NCBI GenBank assembly: GCA_030427525.1
Contig: JAUIBD010000001.1
Location: 18,628-82,627, forward strand
Length of the DNA stretch: 64,000 nt
Reading direction: 5' to 3'
Origin: a bacterium
GTDB lineage: Bacteria > Patescibacteriota > Saccharimonadia > Saccharimonadales > Saccharimonadaceae
Part shown: in pieces, positions 9,770-19,548 of the stretch
Layout of the letters: every line of letters begins with the position of its first letter
Numbering within the stretch: the first letter of the stretch is position 1
Position numbers and translations under genes: made by a program
Notes under the pieces: generated by a model
Database searches by the model: none
What the model was told of the DNA's origin: nothing
What the model saw: only the letters and a program-made list of their open reading frames with translations

Positions 9770-10219
9770 TTATTGAGCAGGCGGTACTGGCGGTTGCTGC
9801 TCTTCTGTTGCCGGCGCCTCCGGAGCGGGCGCTTCAGGTGCTGGCATAGCTGGTTCAGCCGGTGCCACAGGATCTGCTACTGGGGTTGCTGGCTCTGCTG
9901 ATGGCACAACTGGAGCTTCTGGTGCTGTTGGAGCAGGAGATGCAGGTGCCATTGGGTCTGTTGGAATTGCAGGTGCTGCTGGTTCCATCGGAGCTGGTGC
10001 ATCCATTGCAGGAGCTTCTGGTGCTGGTGCTGCTGTATCTGCAACTGGTGCAGATGGGTCTGCTACTGGAGCTGTAGGCTCTGCTGGTGCAGGAGCAGAC
10101 ATACCGTCTGCTGGCACTTGTGCATCCATAGCTGGTTCTGTTGGTTGGGTTGGGTTTGCTGGGTCTTGCATGTTTTTCTTACCTCCAAACATATTCTTTA
10201 ATCCATCGAATAGTCCCAT
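9770..10219 (-). CDS. Hypothetical Pro/Ala-rich low-complexity protein (149 aa)
   Basis: MGLFDGLKNMFGGKK N-terminus followed by about 130 residues of AP/EP/PV repeats. A hairpin at 9720-9748 lies downstream. Confidence 0.5.
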   Translation of the reverse strand: MGLFDGLKNMFGGKKNMQDPANPTQPTEPAMDAQVPADGMSAPAPAEPTAPVADPSAPVADTAAPAPEAPAMDAPAPMEPAAPAIPTDPMAPASPAPTAPEAPVVPSAEPATPVADPVAPAEPAMPAPEAPAPEAPATEEQQPPVPPAQ

Positions 10220-10244
10220 ATTCCTCCTTATGCTTATACGGCCA

Positions 10245-11273
10245 TTATACTACGATACCACCACCTAGACATATTTTACCGTCATAAAGCACGGTAGACT
10301 GCCCTGGCGTAATGGCACGCTGTGACTCTTCCAACTGTAACATTCCCTGGCTATAGGTACAATTCACCAGAGGTGCACGATGTCGAATGCGTAGTGCATA
10401 GGTCTGCCCTTCACGCGGCTCTTCGTTAATCCAATGCGTGCTTTGCAGCGTAATATTTTCTTGCCATAAGCTTTCGGTATTCAGGTTTGTTGATACATAA
10501 ACCTCGTTTTTTTCCATATCCTTACCCACAACGTAGTATGGCAAGCCACCGCCAACATTCAGCCCATGACGCTGGCCTAGTGTATAAAATATCGCGCCGT
10601 CGTGTTTACCGACCACATTTTTTGAAGACAAATCGATAATTTTACCAGGTTTTGTCTGGACGTATTGCCCTAAAAATTCACGAATACCGATCTGCCCAAC
10701 AAAACAGATACCTTGGCTGTCTTTTTTGCTGGCTGTTGCTAGGCCTCGTTCCTTAGCCATAGTGCGCACTTGGGGTTTCGTGAATTCACCGAGAGGGAAG
10801 AGTGTTTTTTCAAGCGCGGATTGTTCAACCCTATACAGAAAATACGTTTGGTCTTTGTTTCCGTCTAATGCTAGTAGCAGTTTACCGTTGTTTGTTTGCG
10901 CATAATGGCCGGTTGCAATCATATCGGCGCCTTGTTCAAGGGCGGTCTCAAGAAATAGTTTAAACTTCACCTCTTGATTGCACATAATGTCAGGGTTTGG
11001 GGTGTGTCCTGACTTGTATTCATCTATCATGTACTGCACTACTTTGTCGCGGTACTCGTTTTCAAAATCAAACACGCGAAAATCTATGCCGAGCTGTACC
11101 GCCACTCGTTTTGCATCGGCTAAATCATCCGCCCATGGGCAGCGCATACCCGGTAGATCCTGCGTCCAGTTTTTCATATACACGCCCGTGACTTCATAGC
11201 CCTGCTCTACCAGCAAAGCTGCAGTCAAACTAGAGTCGACGCCACCGCTCATACCAACAAATACTTTTTTCAT
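10245..11273 (-). CDS. mnmA: tRNA 2-thiouridine(34) synthase MnmA
   Basis: PP-loop VGMSGGVDSS, and typical MnmA length and blocks (HYAQ, GICFVG). Confidence 0.9.
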   Translation of the reverse strand: MKKVFVGMSGGVDSSLTAALLVEQGYEVTGVYMKNWTQDLPGMRCPWADDLADAKRVAVQLGIDFRVFDFENEYRDKVVQYMIDEYKSGHTPNPDIMCNQEVKFKLFLETALEQGADMIATGHYAQTNNGKLLLALDGNKDQTYFLYRVEQSALEKTLFPLGEFTKPQVRTMAKERGLATASKKDSQGICFVGQIGIREFLGQYVQTKPGKIIDLSSKNVVGKHDGAIFYTLGQRHGLNVGGGLPYYVVGKDMEKNEVYVSTNLNTESLWQENITLQSTHWINEEPREGQTYALRIRHRAPLVNCTYSQGMLQLEESQRAITPGQSTVLYDGKICLGGGIVV

Positions 11274-11881
11274 TACTGGCTTTGCCCGGCGTAAAAGGCG
11301 ATTATTTTTACGATCTCACCGCCAGCCAGCCACCAGCCGCGTGGTGTAAGCCACCACCAAAACGACCAATCATCATCGTGTGTGGTAGGGTGGTTGCGAA
11401 TAATAACATCATTTCCTACTGCGGCATTAAACTCCAAACTAGCACGGCGCTGGTGGTAGGGTGAGGTCACAAGTATCACGTCATGAAGATCGTATTGCTC
11501 GAATACGTTACTCGTTTTCGTGGCATTTTCTTTGGTAGTCTGTGAAAAGTTTTCTACCAAAATATCACTTGGGTCGATACCCGCATCAATAGCTTGTCGG
11601 CGCATTACTTCAGCGTTACTCGGACCAGAAGTGTCTTTGGCGGCACCAGAGAAAATAAGCTTATTTCCCCAGCCGAGTTTAAATAGTTCGATCGCTTCAA
11701 GTGCTCGTTCGGGTGTATTTCCACCGCTAACTGCCACGATTGCGTCGGCTTTTCTGCATGTGCCGCTAACGGACGGCAGTTTTTCGCATCCGCTAAGGTC
11801 ATTTACCGCAAGGTAATTACCGACTAGCGTAATGCCGGCGATTGCTAGTACAGCTGCGAATATAAGCAACTTAAGCATCAC
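11273..11881 (-). CDS. DUF218/YdcF-ElyC family membrane-anchored protein
   Basis: N-terminal TM helix, then VAVSGGNTPERALEAIELFKLGWGNKLIFSG and SPYHQRRA blocks typical of DUF218. Confidence 0.65.
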   Translation of the reverse strand: MMLKLLIFAAVLAIAGITLVGNYLAVNDLSGCEKLPSVSGTCRKADAIVAVSGGNTPERALEAIELFKLGWGNKLIFSGAAKDTSGPSNAEVMRRQAIDAGIDPSDILVENFSQTTKENATKTSNVFEQYDLHDVILVTSPYHQRRASLEFNAAVGNDVIIRNHPTTHDDDWSFWWWLTPRGWWLAGGEIVKIIAFYAGQSQ

Positions 11882-13028
11882 CTATCCTTTTGTACTCAGC
11901 TTGCACTTCCTCGCTGATGATTCTGGCTGCTTCTTGAATGATTTCTTTAGTACTTAGCTTACCGAGCGTTAATCGGAGGCTACCGTCAGCCTCTGCGTTG
12001 CCGAGCCCAATTGACTTGAGCACATGTGAACGCGTGCCCTTGTTTGCTGCACACGCACTGCCCGTCGCTACCAACACGCCTCGTGATTCAAGTCGAAATA
12101 CGAGCCGCTCACCATCTAGCCCTGGAAATGCAACATGCAACGACCCAGGAAGACGCTTTTTTGGGTGTCCACTAACAACCATATCGCTAAACGTTTTCTG
12201 AAGCGTTATTTGCAGGTTATCACGAAGCTCGCGTAAGCGATTGGCTTCGGACTTGGTATGTTTTTCTGCCAGCTGTGCGGCCTTTGAAAAACCCATTACA
12301 CCAGCTACATTCTCTGTACCATTTCGAAGGCCTCGTTCCTGCCCACCGCCAAGAATCAACGGTAATACACTAACACCAGCCTTGAGCCACAGCAGGCCAA
12401 CTTGTTTAGGGCCGTACATTTTCCCGCTATTAAGCGTTAGCATGTCGACACCAAGCCTGGCAATATGGACATCTATCTGGCCAAAGCCTTGTGAGGCATC
12501 TGTATGAAAGTGAAGGGGAGTCGACTCACCTGCTTCTGCCCTACGATTTCGCTCGGTCTCAATAATTGTTGCAATGTCTCGCAGCGGCTGTATGGTACCA
12601 ATTTCATTGTTTGCTAGCTGAATAGTGACAATTTCAGTGTTCGGTGTAATAGCAGCAGCTATGGCTTCTGGCGTAATAATACCCTTTTCTGTTGGAGCAA
12701 CTAAGGTATGTTCGTGCCGCCCAACTGCCGCCAACACCGCGTGATGTTCTATAGCCGAACTCACTACATGACCTGTTACACCAGATAGTGCTAGGTTGAT
12801 TGACTCTGTTGCGCCTGCAGTGATAACAATTTCATCACCTTTAGCGCCAAATGTACCGGCTAAAAGCGCTTTGGCCTCTTCGTATTCATGACGAACTTGT
12901 ACAGCCGGTGCATACGGGCTTGAGGGGTTGTAAAAATGGGTATCAAAATAAGGACGCATCGCATCAAGAACGCGTTCGTCCATCGGTGTCGCCGCTGCAT
13001 GGTCAAGATAGATTTGCTTCAGGGACAT
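11871..13028 (-). CDS. Cysteine desulfurase (class V aminotransferase, NifS/IscS-like)
   Basis: IYLDHAATPMD-type start, the HTDASQ/SGKMYGPK PLP-lysine region and the catalytic loop ATGSACA. Confidence 0.85.
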   Translation of the reverse strand: MSLKQIYLDHAAATPMDERVLDAMRPYFDTHFYNPSSPYAPAVQVRHEYEEAKALLAGTFGAKGDEIVITAGATESINLALSGVTGHVVSSAIEHHAVLAAVGRHEHTLVAPTEKGIITPEAIAAAITPNTEIVTIQLANNEIGTIQPLRDIATIIETERNRRAEAGESTPLHFHTDASQGFGQIDVHIARLGVDMLTLNSGKMYGPKQVGLLWLKAGVSVLPLILGGGQERGLRNGTENVAGVMGFSKAAQLAEKHTKSEANRLRELRDNLQITLQKTFSDMVVSGHPKKRLPGSLHVAFPGLDGERLVFRLESRGVLVATGSACAANKGTRSHVLKSIGLGNAEADGSLRLTLGKLSTKEIIQEAARIISEEVQAEYKRIGDA

Positions 13029-13059
13029 ACGTTCAATTATACCGTACGATTACACAGTA

Positions 13060-13494
13060 TTAGCTGAGTTTATAGCCAGTATTCGGGTCACGCTGATACA
13101 CCTCGCGAGCCGCACGTTCGTAGTAGATTTGTACAGCAAGGCCAAAGTTTTCTAATTCTGTGCCTTCGATGTAGCTATATCGCGCACCATCTTGGACCTT
13201 TAAAATGCCTTTGTCTTGGACTTCGTACTTAGTTGTAATCGAGTGAGGTTGTTTATTGGCATCAAAATATTCTTCGTGCCAAATCCATGTTTTTGGGTCA
13301 AGATTAAAGAACTCTCGTCTGTGGCCTTTGGGAATTTCACCAAATAGCGTCTTGCCAATCTCGCTCTCCATTTGTATCAGTTGGCGCTCGGTGAGCACTT
13401 TCAGTGGACCCATTTTTTTGGGAACCTTCAAGAATACTGCGGGGTCTTCTGCGCCAGTTAGCAAAGTTAGTGTGTGGCGGATCAGCTTGTTCAT
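13060..13494 (-). CDS. Hypothetical protein (144 aa)
   Basis: Its start overlaps the stop of the upstream ORF as TAATG at 13492-13496. No motif was recognised. Confidence 0.5.
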   Translation of the reverse strand: MNKLIRHTLTLLTGAEDPAVFLKVPKKMGPLKVLTERQLIQMESEIGKTLFGEIPKGHRREFFNLDPKTWIWHEEYFDANKQPHSITTKYEVQDKGILKVQDGARYSYIEGTELENFGLAVQIYYERAAREVYQRDPNTGYKLS

Positions 13495-13859
13495 TACGCC
13501 GCATCCTCTACTTTGCTCGGTACATGGTACTGAAAGTTATCGAAGGTTTCTTCCGAGGCCTTAGCTGTTTCCGCACTATCAACCGGTAGTTCGGCGATTG
13601 TTGTATTTGTCTCTGGCTCTAGCCCGAGAACATGTTTACGCATGGCTTCAATATTAACACCGCGTACTTCAACTGCACGCCGTATCACTTCGTTATGCCC
13701 CAATACTTCGTTACGAACGAAACTGCCGTATACTGCTTGCCTAGCAAGTCCTTCTTCGGTACTACCTATCGATTCAGTTCTACCGTCAGGTCGAAACTCT
13801 AACTGATCGCCGTGTTCAAACGTCGTGTTGGGATCTTTCTGAAATGCGTTCGGTGTCAC
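13494..13859 (-). CDS. Hypothetical protein (121 aa)
   Basis: Translationally coupled to the 144-aa ORF. No motif was recognised. Confidence 0.45.
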   Translation of the reverse strand: MTPNAFQKDPNTTFEHGDQLEFRPDGRTESIGSTEEGLARQAVYGSFVRNEVLGHNEVIRRAVEVRGVNIEAMRKHVLGLEPETNTTIAELPVDSAETAKASEETFDNFQYHVPSKVEDAA

Positions 13860-13917
13860 GAGCAGGCTCCTACCTTCCGATAAGTTGATATATTCTCTTT
13901 TTGTTTGAGATGGCTGT

Positions 13918-14676
13918 TTATAGTGAAAACAGTGTGGTTGCGTTGTGGCTTGTTGTCTCGGCTAGTTCTTCAATGGCCACACCTCGCTGAATTGCGTGGT
14001 ATTGTGCGGTGAAGCTCACAAACGCTGGCTCATTTACTTTACCACGGTGTGGCAAAGGTGTCAAGAATGGTGCATCCGTTTCTAAAAGCATATGCTCTAT
14101 AGGGATGGATTCATACATTTTTCGTTGATTTTCGTCTTTTGTGAAGGTTGAAATACCGTTTACACCAATATAGAGGCCGTTCTCGAGGCCGCGCTGCATA
14201 TTTGACAAATTATCAGTAAAGCTGTGTAAAACGCCTCTTAGACCCGGAAAATTGTTAAATATAGGCCAAAAATCGTCAAACGCATCACGTACATGAAATG
14301 AAACAGGCAAATTTTGGTCAATCGCCCATTGAAGTTGCTGTTCAAGCACGGCAATTTGCTGCTCTTTTGGTGAATGCATGTAGTAATAATCGAGCCCAAT
14401 TTCACCTATACCTACAACTTTTTCATGCTTTTCTTTCAGTATTTCCTCTACTCGCACACAGCTGGTTTTGCTTTCATGTGGATGAACACCTACTACCGCC
14501 CAGCTTGCAGGATGCGTTTTTACAAAATCAACAGCCTCTTGCGACGACTGTTCGTTGGTACCCACACAAATCATGCGTACACCTGCATCAACTGCCCGTT
14601 TGTACGCGGCCTCCCTGTCTAAATCATTATAAAATTCTGATTCATGAATATGGCAATGTGTGTCTGTGTAGTGCAT
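13918..14676 (-). CDS. tatD: TatD-family metal-dependent DNase/hydrolase
   Basis: DTHCHI, GEIGLDYY, SFHVRDA, HSF and ETDAPFL blocks. Confidence 0.85.
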   Translation of the reverse strand: MHYTDTHCHIHESEFYNDLDREAAYKRAVDAGVRMICVGTNEQSSQEAVDFVKTHPASWAVVGVHPHESKTSCVRVEEILKEKHEKVVGIGEIGLDYYYMHSPKEQQIAVLEQQLQWAIDQNLPVSFHVRDAFDDFWPIFNNFPGLRGVLHSFTDNLSNMQRGLENGLYIGVNGISTFTKDENQRKMYESIPIEHMLLETDAPFLTPLPHRGKVNEPAFVSFTAQYHAIQRGVAIEELAETTSHNATTLFSL

Positions 14677-14680
14677 TCTG

Positions 14681-16168
14681 TTAGTTCGCTTTTTTTATTT
14701 GTGGATCTTGTGTATGTAGATATTTTTTAGGGAACATTACGCCATCTGAAGGCACAACAACCCCCGTTTCAAATGTTTGGTGAATATACTTCGCGGTTGT
14801 CGGCAAAAATGGCACCAGCAGGTCGGCTATTTGTAACAAATTGCCCACGCAGTGAGCAAGCACCTCAGATAAATGCCCTTCAGCATCTGGGTCTTTGTCT
14901 TTGCTTTTGGCTATTTCCCACGGTTTCACTTGTTCAATGTATTGGTTTACTGAACGCACCATTCCCCACACTTCATCTATTGCTTCATCAAATTTTAATT
15001 CATCCATGGCACGACGATAATTTTGCATGTCATGTTCGCCCTGTGGCGCATCACCAATCACACCAGCCTGGTACCGAGTTAGCATGTTTGATACGCGACT
15101 TACTGAGTTGCCAAGGTCATTAGCAAGTTCGGTATTGTACGCCGTTTCAAATTTCTCCCAGGTAAAATCTCCGTCATCTTGAGTAGGAATGTGGCGTGCA
15201 AAAAAGTAGCGGAAGGCATCGGCACCATAGTTATCGATAATCTCCATCGGGTCAACCACGTTCCCCACCGTCTTGCTCATCTTGGCACCGCCCACATTTA
15301 CAAAGCCGTGTACCAGTAGTTTCTTTGGTAGCGTTACTCCGATACCAAGCAGCATCGCTGGCCAGATACCCGCGTGGAAACGTAAAATATCTTTGCCAAT
15401 TACTTGCACATCGGCCGGCCAATAGTCACGCCATTCGGGTTTATCAGGGTAGCCAAGAACTGTAATGTAGTTTGACAAAGCATCGAGCCACACGTACATT
15501 ACTTGGCTATCATCGCCGGGCACAGGAACACCCCAACTCAAACTTTTTCGTGGACGCGAAATGCTGACATCCGGCAATCCGTCTTTCATTAGGTTGAGGA
15601 ATTCTTTTTTGCGAAACTCAGGCACGATTTCCATCTTGCCTTTTTCAATTGCTTCACGGATTTTTTCGCTAAATTCGCTGGTTTTTAGAAAATAGTTTTC
15701 TTCTGAAACATGTTCATATTTGGTTTGGTGGTCAGGGCACATGCCACCAGTTTCTTCTACCTCTTTGTCGGTAAAGAACGCCTCATGACCCATACAGTAC
15801 CAGCCAGTGTACGTATTCTTATAGATATGCGGCTGAAGTTGTTGCCAAATATACTGTACGGCACCTTTGTGATGCGGTTCGGTTGTGCGTATAAAATCTG
15901 TGTAGTCTGCACCAACTTTCTTCATAAGTGTTTCAAAATTCACATACATTTTATCGGTATAGGCCTGCGCGTCCATCCCAGCTTCAGCAGCTTTTGCGGC
16001 AATCTTATTTCCATGCTCATCGGTACCCACCTGAAAGCGAACTTCACGGCCGTTTTGTTTCTGGTATCGCGTCCAAATATCAGCCAAAAGGTAGTCGAGT
16101 GCATTACCAATATGTGGCGTACCATTTACGTATGGAATAGCAGTAGTAATGTAAAGATTTTTTCCCAT
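14681..16168 (-). CDS. metG: Methionine--tRNA ligase (short form)
   Basis: TTAIPYVNGTPHIGNA (HIGH region) and KMSKTVGNVV (KMSKS). Confidence 0.9.
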   Translation of the reverse strand: MGKNLYITTAIPYVNGTPHIGNALDYLLADIWTRYQKQNGREVRFQVGTDEHGNKIAAKAAEAGMDAQAYTDKMYVNFETLMKKVGADYTDFIRTTEPHHKGAVQYIWQQLQPHIYKNTYTGWYCMGHEAFFTDKEVEETGGMCPDHQTKYEHVSEENYFLKTSEFSEKIREAIEKGKMEIVPEFRKKEFLNLMKDGLPDVSISRPRKSLSWGVPVPGDDSQVMYVWLDALSNYITVLGYPDKPEWRDYWPADVQVIGKDILRFHAGIWPAMLLGIGVTLPKKLLVHGFVNVGGAKMSKTVGNVVDPMEIIDNYGADAFRYFFARHIPTQDDGDFTWEKFETAYNTELANDLGNSVSRVSNMLTRYQAGVIGDAPQGEHDMQNYRRAMDELKFDEAIDEVWGMVRSVNQYIEQVKPWEIAKSKDKDPDAEGHLSEVLAHCVGNLLQIADLLVPFLPTTAKYIHQTFETGVVVPSDGVMFPKKYLHTQDPQIKKAN

Positions 16169-16235
16169 TACGTCTCATTATATCAGAGGTAAAAATGTTT
16201 AACTAAAATTACTTTACGTATGCTATGCTACAAAC

Positions 16236-16844
16236 ATGAAAAAGCAAGCGTTAGTAGCAATATTTATAGTCGGCGCAATGATTCTGGCAGCAGTTGCCGT
16301 TGCTGCAAATTACCAAATGTTGTCGAAAGAAAATGAAGAAGTAGCAGAATCCGTGGCATCACAGAAGCTGCGTGAAGCACAATTTCAGTACTACGAGCCG
16401 TCATTCATACCTGGCAATCACCAGATACACCGCAAGCTATATACTCGTTCAGATCTACGTTCTGATGTCAGTGAATTTAGTGGCTATACAGATCAAATCC
16501 TTCTTTCACTCCATGAAGATAACAATGTATTTTCAATACTCGAGTTTAATAACGCGGATGGTACCTACGACAGGATTTCCGAGAGTCGAGGAAATAACGA
16601 AGATCCATCGTGCAGATTTGTTATTTCGCCAAAAGGCCAAAAGTACGAAAGTTGTATCGATGAATTCGAAAAGAACATAGAAACCACCATTCGTTTCAAC
16701 AAGGGCACTACCTACGTTGTTGCACACCTTGATAGCCATCCAATTAAATCAATATCAGCAAAAGAGCAGAATATGTTTGTTGATTCATTTGAGCGCAGTT
16801 CGGGTGTAGACCTCGATTACCGACTACTCAACGGTGCTGGCTAA
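16236..16844 (+). CDS. Hypothetical membrane-anchored or secreted protein (202 aa)
   Basis: N-terminal hydrophobic helix ALVAIFIVGAMILAAVAVAA. No other motif was found. Confidence 0.5.
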   Translation: MKKQALVAIFIVGAMILAAVAVAANYQMLSKENEEVAESVASQKLREAQFQYYEPSFIPGNHQIHRKLYTRSDLRSDVSEFSGYTDQILLSLHEDNNVFSILEFNNADGTYDRISESRGNNEDPSCRFVISPKGQKYESCIDEFEKNIETTIRFNKGTTYVVAHLDSHPIKSISAKEQNMFVDSFERSSGVDLDYRLLNGAG

Positions 16845-17572
16845 GCTTCCTTCATCATTGCAACCACTGCAAAACGACCATTCGCATCGCCCAGTGAGTG
16901 TGAGAAATAGTTTGGGTTCGTTGCAGTATTGACATGTGATATATGAATGTTGGCTTTTGGTATGCCAGCTTTTTTAGCTAAAGCGCTGTTGAACCCTGCT
17001 AAATCGAGATGAATTCCGTCGTTTTCCTCACTGGCATAATTTTTCCAGTCTTCATCTGTTAGGTGGTCAAACCATGTCAATATGTAGTCATGTTTTGCTA
17101 CACTGGGTGCCATCCAAATGATAAGATCTTCTGGGTCACTTCCCTTTTCTTTGAAAAATTCGATCGTCTTTTGCATCGTCTTCGCGATAGATGCATGCCG
17201 ACCGAGGTGCGCTAATGCGACGACATTTCGTTTAGAATCGTAAATCACCGTTCCTACACAGTCAGCTATCGGCAAAAACAGTCCAACACCAGGAACCTCG
17301 GTATAGAGAACATCGGCTTGAGCACCTTCGGTGTCTGGCTCAGTGACTTCGCGAATTACATCAAACGTATCGTTTTGATTGTAGCCGATGATTTGATAGA
17401 CGCAGTTTTCATAGCTCAACCCCACGGTCTCACATATATCTTTGCGATTCTGAACAATATTTGGGTCGTCCCGATTTTCTATCGTACGATCAAGTACGGT
17501 GCCGTCATCCCTTGCTGATACAGCTGCTATGACATTATTTGGAAAACAGGAAGGCTGATCGTTCGTAATCAT
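16841..17572 (-). CDS. pgeF: Purine nucleoside phosphorylase/laccase-domain protein YfiH (PgeF, DUF152)
   Basis: ADCVGTVIYD and ALAHLGRHAS blocks. The ATG at 17572 forms an ATGA overlap with the rsmA stop. The ORF track extends to 17596. Confidence 0.65.
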   Translation of the reverse strand: MITNDQPSCFPNNVIAAVSARDDGTVLDRTIENRDDPNIVQNRKDICETVGLSYENCVYQIIGYNQNDTFDVIREVTEPDTEGAQADVLYTEVPGVGLFLPIADCVGTVIYDSKRNVVALAHLGRHASIAKTMQKTIEFFKEKGSDPEDLIIWMAPSVAKHDYILTWFDHLTDEDWKNYASEENDGIHLDLAGFNSALAKKAGIPKANIHISHVNTATNPNYFSHSLGDANGRFAVVAMMKEA

Positions 17573-18333
17573 AGTATTTCTATTAGCTTTCGCCATTGTT
17601 CTATAGTCAATTCTTGAGCACGAAATTCAGGGCTAAGACCTGCCGAAAGAAGTAAATCATCAATGTTCAATTTGTCCCTATGCAGACCCGCTGCGAGGGA
17701 ACTCCGCAGTTTTTTACGACGTTCGGCAAAGCCTGCTTTTACCAGCCGGAAGAAGGCTTTTTGCTGGTCTTTTGCAACTAGCGGTTCATCACGGCGATGA
17801 AGTATGACTACCTGACTGTCTACCTTTGGTGGCGGCGTGAAGTATTCGGCTGGTACCAACGGGCCAAGCTCTACTTCGTGAAAGACCTGGGCAGAGATCG
17901 ATAGCATACTCATGTCGCCAGGTTTGGCCGCCAGACGCTCGGCAACTTCCTTTTGGACCAACAATACAGAGAGTTTTGGTGGATTTGAAGTTTCAGATAA
18001 AAGCTGTACGATTTTCGATGTTATATAGTACGGGACATTCGCAACAACTTTATAGTTAGCGGGTAGCGATGTCAGGTCAAAAGATAGTATATCGGCATTG
18101 TGTACCTGCAAATTCTTGCCCGGGAATTGGCCAGGAAGTTTACGTGCAAGTTCTGGGTCAAACTCAACGGCTTCAACTGCCTTGGCTCTGTCGAGCAGTA
18201 CACTAGTCAGCGTGCCAAGTCCGGGACCGATTTCTAAAATCATATCAGTGTCTGAAATATCTCCACAATCAGCAATCGCCTCTAGTAGGAGGCGATCTTT
18301 TAACCAGTGCTGTCCAAGTGATTTGTTTGGCAT
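17569..18333 (-). CDS. rsmA: 16S rRNA (adenine1518/1519-N6)-dimethyltransferase RsmA/KsgA
   Basis: KSLGQHWL start, the SAM motif ILEIGPGLGTLT and NVPYYITS. Confidence 0.9.
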   Translation of the reverse strand: MPNKSLGQHWLKDRLLLEAIADCGDISDTDMILEIGPGLGTLTSVLLDRAKAVEAVEFDPELARKLPGQFPGKNLQVHNADILSFDLTSLPANYKVVANVPYYITSKIVQLLSETSNPPKLSVLLVQKEVAERLAAKPGDMSMLSISAQVFHEVELGPLVPAEYFTPPPKVDSQVVILHRRDEPLVAKDQQKAFFRLVKAGFAERRKKLRSSLAAGLHRDKLNIDDLLLSAGLSPEFRAQELTIEQWRKLIEIL

Positions 18334-18336
18334 AAA

Positions 18337-19476
18337 CTACCTGTATGTATCTGGTAAGTCCGCTCCACAGTGTGGCCAAGGCTGCCAGCCTCGCCGTTCG
18401 TATAGACCACGCGCGGCTGCATCTTGCTGCGCAGGTGACGCGTCTGCCGGGTCATAGATACCGAAATTGTTTGCCCATGTAGAGTAGCTGAACTGGTAGG
18501 CTCCGCGGTACAAAGGGTTGTTCTTGTTCGCATAGTTTCCACCAGATTCACAGGCGCGGAGTTTTGCGAGTGCAGCTGCAAACCCACCACTAAAGCTTGG
18601 CTTTGCGCCAACAATCTCGACTTGCTCGCTAGCTTTTTCAATTATCACTGTCTTTACTGCACGCTTACTTACTTCTTTACCGTTTTTTACGTACACTTCA
18701 TACGTAACTAGCTTTTTACCTGGAGTTCCTGCAGATTTAACTTTACGGTAGCCCACTTCCCTATTTGCATCTTGGATCTGACGAACTGGTGGCTCGATTA
18801 CTTCTTCGCGAGTCACCAACTGCTTGCCGTCGCGCCATATTTCGATCTTCATTCCAGCGGTAATATTAGTTTGTTTGCTACTAGAGAGTTTATCCTTAGC
18901 GCCTAGGGTAATGTTTTTCTCCTTTAGAAAACCTACAACGTCGGTTGCTTGTGTATACACAGTCTCAGATTCACCGTAGAGTACTAATGTAAGCTCTGTC
19001 GCTCGGTCAATTACCATTCGCTCACTTGCCCCGTCGGCCAGCAGATTATCGGTTAGTTCGAGGCTTGCATTGTCTTCGTCATGCAGAACTATATTTGCCT
19101 GTTTGGCAATTTGTTTAGGGGTACGGTAGGCCGTCATTACCAACTGCTTGGTGGGGCCATCGACTATCACTACTGGCCGTGCCCTATATACGTTTACTTG
19201 GTAATTATTTCCAACAAGCTCTTCGTCTAAACCGGGTTCTACTAAGTCGTTTTTATCAAGCATAATATCTGCTTGCTTAAACACTTCACGTAGAGTTTTC
19301 TTTGAAGTAATGAGACCAGTTTCCTGTCCCTCATCGTGAATAGTAATAAGCCGCTCACCACTGGCAGGTATAGCGTGCGTACGTGGCATAACAGCAATAA
19401 GCACCAGGCTGGCAACTACTATGACAGCGGTGATTAACAGATGAAAAGCTGTAAATTTTTGTGACTCTATTCTCAT
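18337..19476 (-). CDS. RpfB-like resuscitation-promoting factor (DUF348 repeats, G5, Rpf transglycosylase domain)
   Basis: TM anchor, a G5-like segment (GTPGKKLVTYEVYVKNGKEVSK) and a C-terminal ACESGGNY...GAYQFSYSTW...SPAQQD...WPHCG. Confidence 0.8.
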   Translation of the reverse strand: MRIESQKFTAFHLLITAVIVVASLVLIAVMPRTHAIPASGERLITIHDEGQETGLITSKKTLREVFKQADIMLDKNDLVEPGLDEELVGNNYQVNVYRARPVVIVDGPTKQLVMTAYRTPKQIAKQANIVLHDEDNASLELTDNLLADGASERMVIDRATELTLVLYGESETVYTQATDVVGFLKEKNITLGAKDKLSSSKQTNITAGMKIEIWRDGKQLVTREEVIEPPVRQIQDANREVGYRKVKSAGTPGKKLVTYEVYVKNGKEVSKRAVKTVIIEKASEQVEIVGAKPSFSGGFAAALAKLRACESGGNYANKNNPLYRGAYQFSYSTWANNFGIYDPADASPAQQDAAARGLYERRGWQPWPHCGADLPDTYR

Positions 19477-19548
19477 ACAGTGTGTCTCATGCTTTTTAAG
19501 GCATGCACTGCACCTAATTATAGCAAAAAATTGCCTCTATACCTAACT

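Noticed and set aside
9862-10077. Nucleotide periodicity (GGTGCTGG-like) that could be read as a tandem DNA repeat or satellite.
   Set aside because: It is the direct consequence of the Pro/Ala-rich coding sequence on the opposite strand (9770..10219). The copies are imperfect and remain in frame.
16169-16235. T-box or other riboswitch leaders upstream of the aminoacyl-tRNA synthetase genes (metG, alaS, trpS) and ZTP/THF-type elements upstream of glyA, folD and folC.
   Set aside because: The upstream regions of metG, alaS, folC and folD are too short (under 70 nt) and carry a -10 box next to the start codon. The glyA leader (about 60 nt) and the trpS upstream region show none of the conserved T-box or ZTP sequence blocks I can recall.
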